Of a stretch of 64,000 nucleotides of DNA, positions 13,127-26,800 are shown in pieces (position 1 is the stretch's first letter; every line of letters starts with the position of its first letter). The notes under the pieces were generated by a model. It saw only the letters and a list, made by a program, of their open reading frames with translations. It searched no databases and had not been told where the DNA came from. The DNA comes from Eledone cirrhosa. Its lineage: Eukaryota. The DNA is taken from assembly GCA_964016885.1 (NCBI GenBank), contig OZ024745.1, positions 131,006,001-131,070,000 of the forward strand, read 5' to 3'. A program made the translations under genes and the position numbers.

Positions 13127-14761
13127 TGTCTGTATGTATGTGTGTGTGCGTGTGTCTGTGTGTGTCTGTGTCTGTATGTGTATGTGTAAGCATGTATGTC
13201 TGTATGTATGTAAGTGTGTGTCTGTATGTATGTATGTGTATGTGTGTATGTATGTGTGTGTGTATGTGTATCTGTATGTATGTATGTGTGTATGTATGTA
13301 TGTATGTGCGTGTGTCTGTATGTGTATGTGTGTGCATGTGTGTGTTTCTGGGGAAATAAAACTGTTGTATTTTTTTTGTTTTACTTAATCTAATGAAATA
13401 AAAGATAATTAAAATAAATAAAAGTGTGTGTGGGGGGGGGGTCAAATGACTGTTATTAAGATCAATAGGGTTCGATAATGTGTGTTATGATTTTCTTTGA
13501 AGAAAAATCTCGACAATAATGGTTCAGCGATTATTCTACTATAAGATTTCTAGAATTTCATCAGAAATCACTTGATCTTTGTACTTGGACATCGTCACCT
13601 TTAACAATAAAAAAATTTAATAAAATCGATAGAAAGAAGATTTATTTTTCTATAATTATCAATGTCATTATCGATATGTTTTTAGTGTTGTTTGTTTGTT
13701 TGTTGGTTGGTCTTTTGGGTTTGTTTTTTTGTTGCAATTGTTCTTGTTGTTATTCTTGCTGTTGTTCTCGGGTTGATGGAATGGCAGAAGAACGTTAAAC
13801 GTTAGACTAAATAATTGTTTCTACTTTTGGTACAAGGCCAGCAATTACTCCAGTGTATTACTGGTACTTTATTTTATCGACCCCGTAAAGATGAAAGGCA
13901 AAGTTAACCTCGGCGGGATTTTGACCTCAGACCATAAAGGGCCGTAACTCTATGCGTCAAAGCATGGCATCCGACCCTCTACCGATACTGACAATCCACC
14001 GGCACTCTTTCGTTTTGTCCCTCCACTAAACTGGACTATGTATTTCATCCCTTCCCTCATGAGAGTCTCGTGATGGGGCAGAGTCCTCAAACACACCTTC
14101 CAGCTGGTCCTGTCAGAAGCAACCCTCTCCAACAGATCCAGCTGGATCCCAAGGGAGACCAGCCAAGCTCATGGATGTTTGTGACATTGCTTTTTTTTGT
14201 TTTGGTTTTTATTCATTGCCATTATTTCACCAAGTCGGGCGGTGAATTGGTAAAATAGTTGGTCTTGTACCTAAATCAGAAACCATAGATTGGTAGAATC
14301 GGTAGAGCTTCAGACACCATGCTTTGCAACATAGAGTTATGGCCCTTTATGTTCTGAGTTCAAATCCTGCCACGGTTAACTTTGCCTTTCGTCCTTACGG
14401 GGTCGATAAAATAAAGTACCAGTAATGCACTGGAGTAATTGCTGGCCTTGTGCCAAAAGTAGAAACAATTATTTAACCAAGTCGACCAATGGCAGAGTCG
14501 TTAGAACGTCGGATAAAATGCTTTGTGGCATTCGTTTCGACTCTCTCTTCATTGTGTTCAAATACCGCCGAGGTGGACTTTGCCTATCATCCTTCGGAGG
14601 TCAATAAGAAAAAAAGTACCAGTCTAGTACTGGTGGTGGTGATGATGGTGGTGGTGGTGGTGATGGTGGTGGTGGTAGAGGTAGTGGTGATGATGGTGAT
14701 GATGATGGTGCTATAACAAATATCTGTATAGGTTATTAGTCTAAATATAAAACCAGAGGAC

Positions 14762-15013
14762 CCATTTGGCCGGTGCTTATCCTCGTTTCGTGGCGTGAAG
14801 CGACTGAGAGTACAAGACTCCCCCCTGGACAGGACGCCAGTCCGTCGCAGGATTAAACCCCCAGCTATTGCTGGTACTCATTTTCAGCTGAGTATACTGG
14901 AGCAACGTGAAATGAATTGTTTTGCTTAAGAACACAACACGCAACCCAGGAATCGAACCCACAACATTATGATCTTAAATCCAACACGCTTACCACTAGG
15001 CCACGTACCTCCA
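14762..15013 (-). mobile_element. tRNA/CORE-like SINE with a different tail (copies 1-183 -, 34973-35345 +)
   Basis: Similar tRNA head and CORE-like centre, followed by CCTGCGACGGACTGGCGTCCTGTCCAGGGG. Confidence 0.8.
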
Positions 15014-15224
15014 CTATAGGTTATTAGACAATAGTCTTATATCTGGAGATTTAATAATAACCAATCTCTCCAGTTCTCAAAGACATGGCGAAAAATTCCT
15101 GAATATAAGATAAAAGTTACGGGGTCGATAAAATAAAGTACCAGTAACGTACTGGGGTCGATTTAATCGACTTTCCCCTCCCCCAAAATTGATGGTCTTG
15201 GGCTTATATAAGAAACCTTTATTA

Positions 15225-15545
15225 ATGGCCCGTGTGAGTGAGCCTACTCTGACCATGCGCCTGTGGGTTGGTTAATTTGAGGAGGAGAGGGGTGCCTTCC
15301 CTTGGTGCCCTGAAAGCCTCGGGTGGTTCAGGATTGGTGGGGTACCTGAGTCGCCCCTGGGTGGTTCACCACCACCCCCCCACCACCACCACCACCCACC
15401 CCACCCCCACTATTCGGGATTTTATTTTGTTATCTTTATACATAGTTCATTTTATATTTTTCATTGTTAAATTGGTTTTGTTATTGTGCATTTTTACTCG
15501 AGCTTATTGTAACCCCGCTGTCTCTCTCGGCCAATAAATGAAATC
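15225..15545 (+). mobile_element. Probable 3' end/UTR of a non-LTR (Tx1/L1-like) element
   Basis: GC-rich segment, then a T-rich UTR ending GGCCAATAAATGAAATC directly into (ATC/ATT)n. Same end architecture as the Tx1-like copy at 28526. Confidence 0.45.
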
Positions 15546-15549
15546 ATCA

Positions 15550-15603
<54 letters not shown>

Positions 15604-15844
15604 CTCTTCTTCTTCTTCCTCTTCTTCCTCTTCTTCTTTTTCTTCTTTTTCTTCTTCTTCTTCTTCTTTACCCACTTACTCCTGAGAGGGTCGTGAGGGC
15701 AGTGTCCTCAAACACTCCCTCCAGCGGGTCCTGTCTGAAACAACCGTCTGCAACTGATCCGGGTGGATCCCCAGGCGAGACCAGCCGAGCTCATGGATGT
15801 TATCCAACAATCTTACTCGTGGTCTACCTCTCAGTCTCCTGCTG

Positions 15845-18800
15845 TAGGTAGGTAGGTGGGTAGGTGGGTAGGTAGGTAGGTAGGTAGGTAGGTAGGTAGG
15901 TGGGTAGGTAGGTAGGTGGGTAGGTAGGTAGGTAGGTAGGTAGATAGGTAGGTGGTAGGTAGGTAGGTAGGTAGGTAGGTGGGTAGGTAGGTAGGTGGGT
16001 AGGTAGGTAGGTAGGTAGGTAGATAGGTAGGTGGTAGGTAGGTAGGTAGATAGGTAGGTAGGTAGGTAGGTAGGTAGGTAGATAGGTAGGTAGGTAGGTA
16101 GGTAGGTAGGTAGGTAGGTAGGTAGGTAGGTAGGTAGATAGGTAGGTAGGTAGGTAGGTAGGTAGGTAGGTAGGTGGTAGGTAGGTAGGTAGGTGGTAGG
16201 TAGGTAGGTAGGTAGGTAGGTAGGTAGGTAGGTAGGTAGGTAGGTAGGTAGGTAGATAGGTGGTAGGAAGGTGGGTAGGTAGGTAGGTAGGTAGGTGGGT
16301 AGGTGGTAGGTAGGTAGGTAGGTAGGTAGGTAGGTAGGTAGGTAGGTAGGTAGGTAGGTAGGTGGTAGGTAGGTAGGTAGGTAGGTAGGTAGGTAGGTAG
16401 GTAGGTAGGTAGGTAGGTAGGTGGTAGGTAGGTGGGTAGGTGGTAGGTAGGTAGGTAGGTAGGTAGGTAGGTAGGTAGGTGGGTAGGTGGTAGGTAGGTA
16501 GGTAGGTAGGTAGGTGGTAGGTAGGTAGGTAGGTAGGTAGGTAGGTAGGTAGATAGGTAGGTAGGTAGGTAGGTAGGTAGGTAGGTAGGTAGGTGGTAGG
16601 TAGGTAGGTAGGTAGGTAGGTAGGTAGGTAGGTAGATAGGTAGGTAGGTAGATAGGTAGGTAGGTAGGTAGGTAGGTAGGTAGGTGGTAGGTAGGTAGGT
16701 GGTAGGTAGGTAGGTAGGTAGGTAGGTAGGTGGTAGGTAGGTAGGTAGGTAGGTAGGTAGGTAGGTAGGTAGGTAGATAGGTAGGTAGGTAGGTAGGTAG
16801 GTAGGTAGGTAGGTAGGTAGGTAGGTAGGTAGGTAGGTAGGTAGGTAGGTAGGTAGGTAGGTAGGTGGTAGGTAGGTAGGTGGTAGGTAGGTAGGTAGGT
16901 AGGTAGGTAGGTAGGTAGGTGGTAGGTAGGTAGGTAGGTGGTAGGTAGGTAGGTGGTAGGTAGGTAGGTAGGTGGTAGGTAGGTAGGTGGGTAGGTGGGT
17001 AGGTGGGTAGGTGGGTAGGTGGGTAGGTAGGTAGGTGGGTAGGTAGGTAGGTAGGTAGGTAGGTAGGTAGGGTAGGTAGGTAGGTAGGTAGGTAGGTAGG
17101 TAGGTAGGTAGGTAGATAGGGTAGGTAGGTAGGTAGGTAGGTAGGTAGGTAGGTAGAGTAGGTAGGTAGGTAGGTAGTGTAGGTAGGTAGGTCGGTAGGT
17201 AGGTGGTAGGTAGGTAGGTAGGGGGTAGGTAGGTAGGGTAGGGTAGGTGGTAGGTGGTAGGTAGGTAGGTGGTAGGTAGGTAGGTAGGTGGTAGGTGGTA
17301 GGTAGGTAGGTGGTAGGTAGGTAGGTGGTAGGTAGGTAGGTAGGTGGTAGGTAGGTAGGTGGTAGGTAGGTAGGTGGTAGGTAGGTAGGTAGGTGGTAGG
17401 TAGGTAGGTGGTAGGTAGGTAGGTAGGTGGTAGGTAGGTAGGTAGGTAGGTAGGTAGGTAGGTAGGTAGGTGGTAGGTAGGTAGGTGGTAGGGTAGGTAG
17501 GTAGGTGGTAGGTAGGTAGGTGGTAGGTAGGTAGGTAGGTAGGTGGTAGGTGTAGGTAGGTAGGTAGGTGGTAGGTAGGTAGGGTAGGTGGTAGGTGTAG
17601 GTGGTAGGTAGGTAGGTAGGTGGTAGGTAGGTAGGTGGTAGGTAGGTAGGTAGGTAGGTAGGTGGTAGGTAGGTAGGTAGGTGGTAGGTGGTAGGTAGGT
17701 AGGTAGGTAGGTAGGTAGGGTAGGTAGGTAGGTAGGGTAGGTAGGGTAGGTAGGTAGGTAGGTAGGTAGGTAGGTAGGTAGGTAGGTAGGTAGGTAGGTA
17801 GGTAGGTAGGTAGGTAGGGTAGGTAGGTAGGTAGGTAGGTAGGTAGGTAGGTAGTAGGTAGGTAGGTAGGTAGGTAGGGTAGGTAGGTAGGTAGGTAGGT
17901 AGGTAGGTAGGTAGGTAGGTAGGTAGGTAGGTAGGTAGGTAGGGTAGGTAGGTGGTAGGTAGGTAGGTAGGTGGTAGGTAGGAGGGTAGGTAGGTAGGTA
18001 GGTGGTAGGTAGGTAGGGTAGGTAGGTAGGTGGTAGGTGGTAGGAGGTAGGTAGGTAGGTAGGTAGGTGGGTAGGTGGTAGGTAGGTAGGTAGGTAGGTG
18101 GTAGGTAGGTAGGTAGGTAGGTAGGTAGGTAGGTGGTAGGTAGGTGGGTAGGTAGGTAGGTAGGTAGGTAGGTATGGTAGGTAGGTAGGTAGGTAGGTAG
18201 GTAGGTAGGGTAGGTAGGTAGGTAGGTAGGTAGGGTAGGTGGTAGGTAGGGTAGGTAGGTAGGTAGGTAGGTGGTAGGTGGTAGGTGGGTAGGTAGGTAG
18301 GTAGGTGGTAGGTAGGTAGGGTAGGTTGGTAGGTAGGTAGGTAGGTAGGTAGGTAGGTAGGTAGGGTAGGTAGGTAGGTAGGTAGGTAGGTAGGTGGTAG
18401 GTAGGTAGGTGGTAGGTAGGTTAGGTAGGTAGGTAGGGGTAGGGTAGGTAGGTAGGTAGGTAGGTAGATAGGTAGGTAGGTAGGTAGGTAGGTAGGTAGG
18501 TAGGTAGGTAGGTAGGTAGGTAGGTAGGTAGGTAGGTAGGTGGTAGGTGGTAGGTAGGTAGGTAGGTAGGTAGGTAGGTAGGTAGGTAGGTAGGTGGTAG
18601 GTAGGTAGGTGGTAGGTAGGTAGGTAGGTAGGTAGGTAGGTAGGTAGGTAGGTAGGTAGGTAGGTAGGGTAGGTGGTAGGTAGGTAGGTGGTAGGTAGGG
18701 TAGGGTAGGTGGTAGGTAGGTAGGTAGGTAGGTAGGTAGGTAGGTAGGTAGGTAGGTAGGTAGGTAGGTAGGTAGGTAGGTAGGTAGGGTAGGTGGTAGG

Positions 18801-20275
18801 TAGTGGGTAGGTAGGGTAGGTAGGTAGGGTAGGTAGGTAGGGTAGGTAGGGTAGGTAGGTAGGGTAGGTAGGTAGGTAGGTAGGTAGGTAGGTGGTAGGT
18901 AGGTAGGTAGGTAGGTAGGTAGGTAGAGTAGGTAGGTAGGTAGATAGGTAGGTAGGTAGGTCGGTAGGTAGGTAGGTAGGTAGGTAGGTAGGTGGTAGGT
19001 AGGTAGGTAGGTGGTAGGTGGTAGGTAGGTAGGTAGGTAGGTAGGTAGGTAGGTGGTAGGTGGTAGGTAGGTAGGTGGTAGGTAGGTAGGTGGTAGGTAG
19101 GTAGGTAGGTGGTAGGTAGGTAGGTGGTAGGTAGGGTAGGTGGTAGGTAGGTAGGGTAGGTGGTAGGTAGGTAGGTGGTAGGTAGGTAGGTAGGTGGTAG
19201 GTAGGTAGGTAGGTAGGTAGGTAGGTAGGTAGGTAGGGTAGGTAGGTGGTAGGTAGGTAGGTGGTAGGTAGGTAGGTAGGTAGGTGGTAGGTAGGTAGGT
19301 GGTAGGTAGGTAGGTAGGGTAGGTAGGTAGGTGGTAGGTAGGTAGGTAGGTGGTAGGTAGGTAGGTGGTAGGTAGGTAGGTGGTAGGTAGGTAGGTAGGT
19401 AGGTAGGTAGGTAGGTAGGTAGGTAGGTAGGTGGGTAGGTGGTAGGTAGGTAGGTAGTAGGAGTAGGTAGGTAGGTAGGTAGGTAGGTAGGTAGGTAGGT
19501 GGTAGGTAGGTAGAGTAGGTAGGTAGGAGGTAGGTAGGTAGGTAGGAGGTAGGTAGGTAGGTAGGTAGGTAGGTAGGTAGGTAGGTAGGTAGGTAGGTAG
19601 GTAGGTAGGTAGGTAGGTAGGTAGGTGGTAGGTAGGTAGGTGGTAGTGTAGGTAGGTAGGTAGGTAGGTAGGTAGGGTAGGTAGGTAGGTAGGTAGGTAG
19701 GTAGGTAGGTAGGAGTAGGGTAGGTGGTAGGTAGGTAGGTAGGTAGGTAGGTAGGTAGGTAGGTAGGTAGGTAGGTAGGTAGGTAGGTAGGTAGGTAGTA
19801 GATAGGTAGGTAGGTGGTAGGTAGGTAGGTAGGTAGGTGGGTAGGTGGTAGGTAGGTAGGTGGTAGGTAGGTAGGTAGGTGGTAGGTGGTAGGTAGGTAG
19901 GTAGGTAGGTAGGTGGTAGGTAGGTAGGTAGGTGGTAGGTAGGCTAGGTGGTAGGTAGGTAGGTGGTAGGTGTAGGTAGGTAGGTGGTAGGTAGGTAGGT
20001 GGTAGGTAGGTAGGTAGGTGTAGGTAGGTAGGTAGGTAGGTAGGTAGGTAGGTGGTAGGTCAGGTAGGGTGTAGGTGGTAGGTAGGTAGGTGGTAGGTAG
20101 GTAGGTAGGTAGGTAGGTAGGTAGGGTAGGGTGAGGTAGGTAGGGTAGGTAGGTAGGTAGGTAGGAGGTAGGGTGGTAGGTAGGTAGGTGGTAGGGGTAG
20201 GTAGGTGGTGGTAGGTAGGGTAGGTGGTAGGTAGGTAGGTAGGGTAGCTCTAGTAGTAGTGGTAGGTGGTGGTAA
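15845..20275. repeat. (TAGG)n tetranucleotide satellite, first block
   Basis: About 4.4 kb of TAGG with TGG/TGGG/TAGA variants. Confidence 0.98.
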
Positions 20276-20475
20276 NNNNNNNNNNNNNNNNNNNNNNNNN
20301 NNNNNNNNNNNNNNNNNNNNNNNNNNNNNNNNNNNNNNNNNNNNNNNNNNNNNNNNNNNNNNNNNNNNNNNNNNNNNNNNNNNNNNNNNNNNNNNNNNNN
20401 NNNNNNNNNNNNNNNNNNNNNNNNNNNNNNNNNNNNNNNNNNNNNNNNNNNNNNNNNNNNNNNNNNNNNNNNNNN
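20276..20475. other. Assembly gap (200 N)
   Basis: Run of N. Confidence 1.
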
Positions 20476-20527
20476 TCGAGCTTATTGTAACCACGCTGTC
20501 TCTCTCGGCCAATAAATGAAATCATCA

Positions 20528-20581
<54 letters not shown>

Positions 20582-20823
20582 CTCTTCTTCTTCTTCCTCT
20601 TCTTCCTCTTCTTCTTTTTCTTCTTTTTCTTCTTCTTCTTCTTCTTTACCCACTTACTCCTGAGAGGGTCGTGAGGGCAGTGTCCTCAAACACTCCCTCC
20701 AGCGGGGTCCTGTCTGAAACAACCGTCTGCAACTGATCCGGGTGGATCCCCAGGCGAGACCAGCCGAGCTCATGGATGTTATCCAACAATCTTACTCGTG
20801 GTCTACCTCTCAGTCTCCTGCTG

Positions 20824-23800
20824 TAGGTAGGTAGGTGGGTAGGTGGGTAGGTAGGTAGGTAGGTAGGTAGGTAGGTAGGTGGGGTAGGTAGGTGGGTGGG
20901 TAGGTAGGTAGGTAGGTAGGTAGATAGGTAGGTGGTAGGTAGGTAGGTAGGTAGGTAGGTGGGTAGGTAGGTAGGTGGGTAGGTAGGTAGGTAGGTAGGT
21001 AGATAGGTAGGTGGTAGGTAGGTAGGTAGATAGGTAGGTAGGTAGGTAGATAGGTAAGGTAGGTAGGTAGGTAGGTAGGTAGGTAGGATAGGTAGGTAGG
21101 TAGATAGGTAGGTAGGTAGGTAGGGTAGGTAGGTAGGTGATAGGTGGTAGGTAGGTAGGTAGGTAGGTAGGTAAGGTAGGTAGGTAGGTAGGTAGTGGTA
21201 GGTAGTAGTAGGTAGGTAGGTAGGTAGGTAGGAAGGTAGGTAGATAGGTAGGTAGGAAGGTGGTAGGTAGGGTAGGTAGGTAGGTAGGTAGGTAGGTAGG
21301 TAGGTAGGTAGGTAGGTGGTAGGTAGGTAGGTAGGTAGGTAGGTAGGTAGGTAGGTAGGTAGGTAGGTGGTAGGTAGGTAGGTAGGTAGGTAGGTAGGTA
21401 GGTAGGTAGGTAGGTAGGTAGGTAGGTGGTAGGTAGGTGGGTAGGTGGTAGGTAGGTAGGTAGGGTAGGTATAGGTAGGGGGTAGGTAGGTAGGGTAGGT
21501 AGGTAGGTAGGTGGGTAGGTAGGTAGGTAGGTAGGTAGGTAGGTAGGTAGGTAGATAGGTAGGTAGGTAGGTAGGTAGGTAGGTAGGTAGGTGGTAGGTA
21601 GGTAGGTAGGTAGGTAGGTAGGTAGGTAGATAGGTAGGTAGGTAGATAGGTAGGTAGGTAGGTAGGTAGGTAGGTAGGTAGGTGGTAGGTAGGTAGGTGG
21701 TAGGTAGGTAGTAGGTAGGTAGGTAGGTAGGTGGTAGGTAGGTAGGTAGGTAGGTAGGTAGGTAGGTAGGTAGGTAGATAGGTAGGTAGGTAGGTAGGTA
21801 AGGGAGGTAGGTAGGGTAGGTAGGTAGGTAGGTAGGTGGTAGGTAGGTAGGTAGGTGGTAGGTAGGTAGGTGGTAGGTAGGTAGGTAGGTAGGTAGGTAG
21901 GTAGGTAGGTGGTAGGTAGGTAGGTAGGTGGTAGGTAGGTAGGTGGTAGGTAGGTAGGGTAGGTGGTAGGTAGGTAGGTGGGTAGGTGGGTAGGTGGGTA
22001 GGTGGGTAGGTGGGTAGGTAGGTAGGTGGGTAGGTAGGTAGGTAGGTAGGTAGGTAGGTAGATAGGTTAGGTAGGTAGGTAGGTAGGTAGTAGGTAGGTA
22101 GGTAGGTAGGTAGGTAGGTAGATAGGTAGGTAGGTAGGTAGGTAGGTAGGTAGGTAGGTAGGTAGGTGGTAGGTAGGTAGGTAGGTGGTAGGTAGGTAGG
22201 TAGGTGGTAGGTGGTAGGTAGGTAGGTGGTAGGTAGGTAGGTAGGTGGTAGGGTTGTAGGTGGTAGGTAGTAGGTGGTAGGTAGGTAGGTGGTAGGTAGG
22301 TAGGTAGGTGGTAGGTAGGTAGGTAGGTGGTAGGTAGGTAGGTGGTAGGTAGGGTAGGTAGGTGGTAGGTAGGTAGGTGGTAGGTAGGTAGGTCGGTGGT
22401 AGGTAGTGGTAGGTAGGTAGGTAGGGTAGGTAGGTAGGGTAGGTGGTAGGTAGGTAGGTGGTAGGTGGTAGGTAGGTAGGTGGTAGGTAGGTAGGTGGTA
22501 GGGGTAGGTAGGTAGGTAGGGTAGGTAGGTAGGTAGGTGGTAGGTAGGTAGGTAGGTGGTAGGTAGGTAGGTGGTAGGTAGGTAGGTAGGTGGTAGGTAG
22601 GTAGGTAGGTAGGTGAGGTAGGTAGGTGGGTAGGTGGTAGGTAGGTAGGTAGGTGGTAGGTAGGTAGGTAGGTAGGTAGATAGGTGGTAGGTAGGTAGGT
22701 AGGTAGGTAGATAGGAGGTAGGTAGGTAGGTAGGAGGTAGGTAGGTAGGTAGGTAGGTAGGTAGGTAGGTAGGTAGGTAGGTAGGTAGGTAGGTAGGTAG
22801 GTAGGTAGGGTAGGTAGGTGGTAGGGTAGGTAGGTAGATAGGTAGGTAGGTAGGTAGGTAGGTAGGTAGGTAGATAGGTAGGTAGGTAGGTAGGTAGGTA
22901 GGTTAGGTAGGTAGGTAGGTAGGTAGGTAGATAGGTAGGTAGGTAGGTAGGTAGGTAGGTAGGTGGTAGGTAGGTAGGTAGGTGGTAGGTAGGTAGGTAG
23001 GTAGGTAGGTAGGTAGGTAGGTAGGTAGGTAGGTAGATAGGTGGTAGGAAGGGTGGGTAGGTAGGTAGGTAGGTAGGTGGGTAGGTGGTAGGTAGGTAGG
23101 TAGGTAGGTAGGTAGGTAGGTAGGTAGGTAGGTAGGTAGGTAGGTAGGTAGGTAGGTAGGTAGGGTAGGTAGGTAGGTAGGTAGGTAGGTAGGTAGGTAG
23201 GTAGGTAGGTAGGTAGGTAGGTAGGTAGGTAGGTAGGTAGGTAGGTAGGGTAGGTGGGTAGGTGGTAGGTAGGTAGGTAGGTAGGTAGGTAGGTGGGTAG
23301 GTAGGTAGGTAGGTAGGTAGGTAGGTAGGTAGGTAGGTAGGTAGGTAGGTAGGTAGGTAGGTAGGTAGGTAGGTAGGTAGGTAGGTAGGTAGGTAGGTAG
23401 GTAGGTAGGTAGGTAGGTGGTAGGTAGGTAGGTAGGTAGGTAGGTAGGTAGGTAGATAGGTAGGTAGGTAGATAGGTAGGTAGGTAGGTAGGTAGGTAGG
23501 TAGGTAGGTAGGTAGGTGGTAGGTAGGTAGGTGGTAGGTAGGTAGGTAGGTAGGTAGGTAGGTGGTAGGTAGGTAGGTAGGTGGTAGGTAGGTAGGTAGG
23601 TAGGTAGATAGGTAGGTAGGTAGGTAGGTAGGTAGGTGGTAGGTAGGTGGGTAGGTGGTAGGTAGGTAGGTAGGTAGGTAGGTAGGTAGGTGGGTAGGTG
23701 GTAGGTAGGTAGGTAGGTAGGTAGGTAGGTAGGTAGGTAGGTAGGTAGGTAGGTAGGTAGGTAGGTAGGTAGTAGGTAGGTAGGTAGGTAGGTAGGTAGG

Positions 23801-26800
23801 TAGGTAGGTAGGTGGTAGGTAGGTAGGTAGGTAGGTAGGTAGGTAGGTAGGTAGATAGGTAGGTAGGTAGATAGGTAGGTAGGTAGGTAGGTAGGTAGGT
23901 AGGTGGTAGGTAGGTAGGTGGTAGGTAGGTAGGTAGGTAGGTAGGTAGGTAGGTGGTAGGTAGGTAGGTAGGTAGGTAGGTAGGTAGGTAGGTAGGTAGA
24001 TAGGTAGGTAGGTAGGTAGGTAGGTAGGTAGGTAGGTGGTAGGTAGGTAGGTAGGTGGTAGGTAGGTAGGTGGTAGGTAGGTAGGTAGGTAGGTAGGTAG
24101 GTAGGTGGTAGGTAGGTAGGTAGGTGGTAGGTAGGTAGGTGGTAGGTAGGTAGGTAGGTGGTAGGTAGGTAGGTGGGTAGGTGGGTAGGTGGGTAGGTGG
24201 GTAGGTGGGTAGGTAGGTAGGTGGGTAGGTAGGTAGGTAGGTAGGTAGGTAGGTAGATAGGTAGGTAGGTAGGTGGTAGGTAGGTAGGTAGGTAGGTAGG
24301 TAGATAGGTAGGTAGGTAGATAGGTAGGTAGGTAGGTCGGTAGGTAGGTGGTAGGTAGGTAGGTAGGTGGTAGGTAGGTAGGTAGGTGGTAGGTGGTAGG
24401 TAGGTAGGTGGTAGGTAGGTAGGTAGGTGGTAGGTGGTAGGTAGGTAGGTGGTAGGTAGGTAGGTGGTAGGTAGGTAGGTAGGTGGTAGGTAGGTAGGTG
24501 GTAGGTAGGTAGGTGGTATGGTAGGTAGGTAGGTGGTAGGTAGGTAGGTGGTAGGTAGGTAGGTAGGTGGTAGGTAGGTAGGTAGGTAGGTAGGTAGGTA
24601 GGTAGGTAGGTAGGTAGGTAGGTGGTAGGTAGGTAGGTGGTAGGGTGGTAGGTAGGTAGGTGGTAGGTAGGTAGGTGGTAGGTAGGTAGGTAGGTAGGTA
24701 GGTAGGTGGTAGGTAGGTAGGTAGGTGGTAGGTAGGTAGGTGGTAGGTAGGTAGGTGGTAGGTAGGTAGGTAGGTGGTAGGTAGGTAGGTAGGTAGGTAG
24801 GTAGGTGGGTAGGTGGTAGGTAGGTAGGTAGGTAGGTGGTAGGTAGGTAGGTAGGTAGGTAGATAGGTGGTAGGTAGGTAGGTAGGTAGGTAGATAGGTA
24901 GGTAGGTAGGTAGGTAGGAGGTAGGTAGGTAGGTGGTAGGTAGGTAGGTAGGTAGGTAGGTAGGTAGGTAGGTAGGTAGGTAGGTAGGTAGGTAGGTGGT
25001 AGGTAGGTAGGTGGTAGGTGGTAGGTAGGTAGGTAGGTAGGTAGGAGGTAGGTAGGTAGGTAGGTAGGTAGGTGGTAGGTAGGTAGGTAGGTAGGTAGGT
25101 AGGTAGGTAGGTGGTAGGTAGGTAGGTAGGTAGGTAGGTAGGTAGGTGGTAGGTAGGTAGGTGGTAGGTAGGTAGGTAGGTAGGTGGTAGGTGGTAGGTA
25201 GGTAGGTGGTAGGTAGGTAGGTAGGTGGTAGGTGGTAGGTAGGTAGGTGGTAGGTAGGTAGGTGGTAGGTAGGTAGGTAGGTGGTAGGTAGGTAGGTGGT
25301 AGGTAGGTAGGTGGTAGGTAGGTAGGTAGGTGGTAGGTAGGTAGGTGGTAGGTAGGTAGGTAGGTGGTAGGTAGGTAGGTAGGTAGGTAGGTAGGTAGGT
25401 GGTAGGTAGGTAGGTGGTAGGTGGTAGGTAGGTAGGTGGTAGGTAGGTAGGTGGTAGGTAGGTAGGTAGGTAGGTAGGTAGGTAGGTAGGTAGGTAGGTG
25501 GTAGGTAGGTAGGTAGGTGGTAGGTAGGTAGGTGGTAGGTAGGTAGGTGGTAGGTAGGTAGGTAGGTGGTAGGTAGGTAGGTAGGTAGGTAGGTGGGTAG
25601 GTGGTAGGTAGGTAGGTAGGTGGTAGGTAGGTAGGTAGGTAGGTAGGTAGGTAGAGGTGGTAGGTAGGTAGGTAGGTAGGTAGGTAGGTAGGTAGGAGGT
25701 AGGTAGGTAGGTAGGAGATAGGTAGGTAGGTAGGTAGGTAGGTAGGTAGGTAGGTAGGTAGGTAGGTAGGTAGGTAGGTAGGTAGGTAGGTAGGTAGGTA
25801 GGTAGGTAGGTGGTAGGTGGTAGGTAGGTAGGTAGGTAGGTAGGTAGGAGGTAGGTAGGTAGGTAGGTAGGTAGGTGGTAGGTAGGTAGGTAGGTAGGTA
25901 GGTAGGTAGGTAGGTAGGTAGGTAGGTAGGTAGGTAGGTAGGTAGGTAGGTGGTAGGTAGGTAGGTAGGTGGGTAGGTGGTAGGTAGGTAGGTAGGTAGG
26001 TGGTAGGTAGGTAGGTAGGTAGATAGGTAGGTAGGTAGGTAGGTAGATAGGTAGGTAGGTAGGTGGTAGGTAGGTAGGTGGTAGGTAGGTAGGTGGTAGG
26101 TAGGTAGGTGGTAGGTAGGTAGGTAGGTGGTAGGTAGGTGGTAGGTAGGTAGGTAGGTGGGTAGGTGGTAGGTAGGTAGGTAGATAGGTAGATAGGTAGG
26201 TAGGTAGGTAGGTAGATAGGAGGTAGGTAGGTGGTAGGTAGGTAGGTGGTAGGTAGGTAGGTGGTAGGTAGGTAGGTGGTAGGTAGGTAGGTAGGTAGAT
26301 AGGTAGGTAGGAGGTAGGTAGGTAGGTAGGTAGATAGGTAGGTAGGTAGGTAGGTAGGTAGGTGGGTAGGTGGTAGGTAGGAGGTAGGTAGGTAGGTAGG
26401 TAGATAGGTAGGTAGGTAGGTAGGTAGATAGGTAGGTAGGTAGGTAGGTAGGTAGGAGGTAGGTAGGTAGGTAGATAGGTAGGTAGGTAGGTAGGTAGGT
26501 AGGTAGGTAGGTAGGTAGGTAGGTAGGTAGGTGGTAGGTAGGTAGGTGGTAGGTGGTAGGTAGGTAGGTAGGTAGGTAGGTAGGTAGGTAGGTAGGTGGT
26601 AGGTAGGTAGGTAGGTAGGTAGGTAGGTAGGTAGGTAGGTAGGTAGGTAGGTAGGTAGGTAGGTGGTAGGTAGGTAGGTAGGTAGGTAGGTTGGTAGGTA
26701 GGTGGGAGGTAGGTAGGTAGGTAGGTAGGTGGGAGGTAGGTAGGTAGGTATGTAGGTAGGTAGGTAGGTAGGTAGGTAGGTAGGTAGGTAGGTGGGAGGT

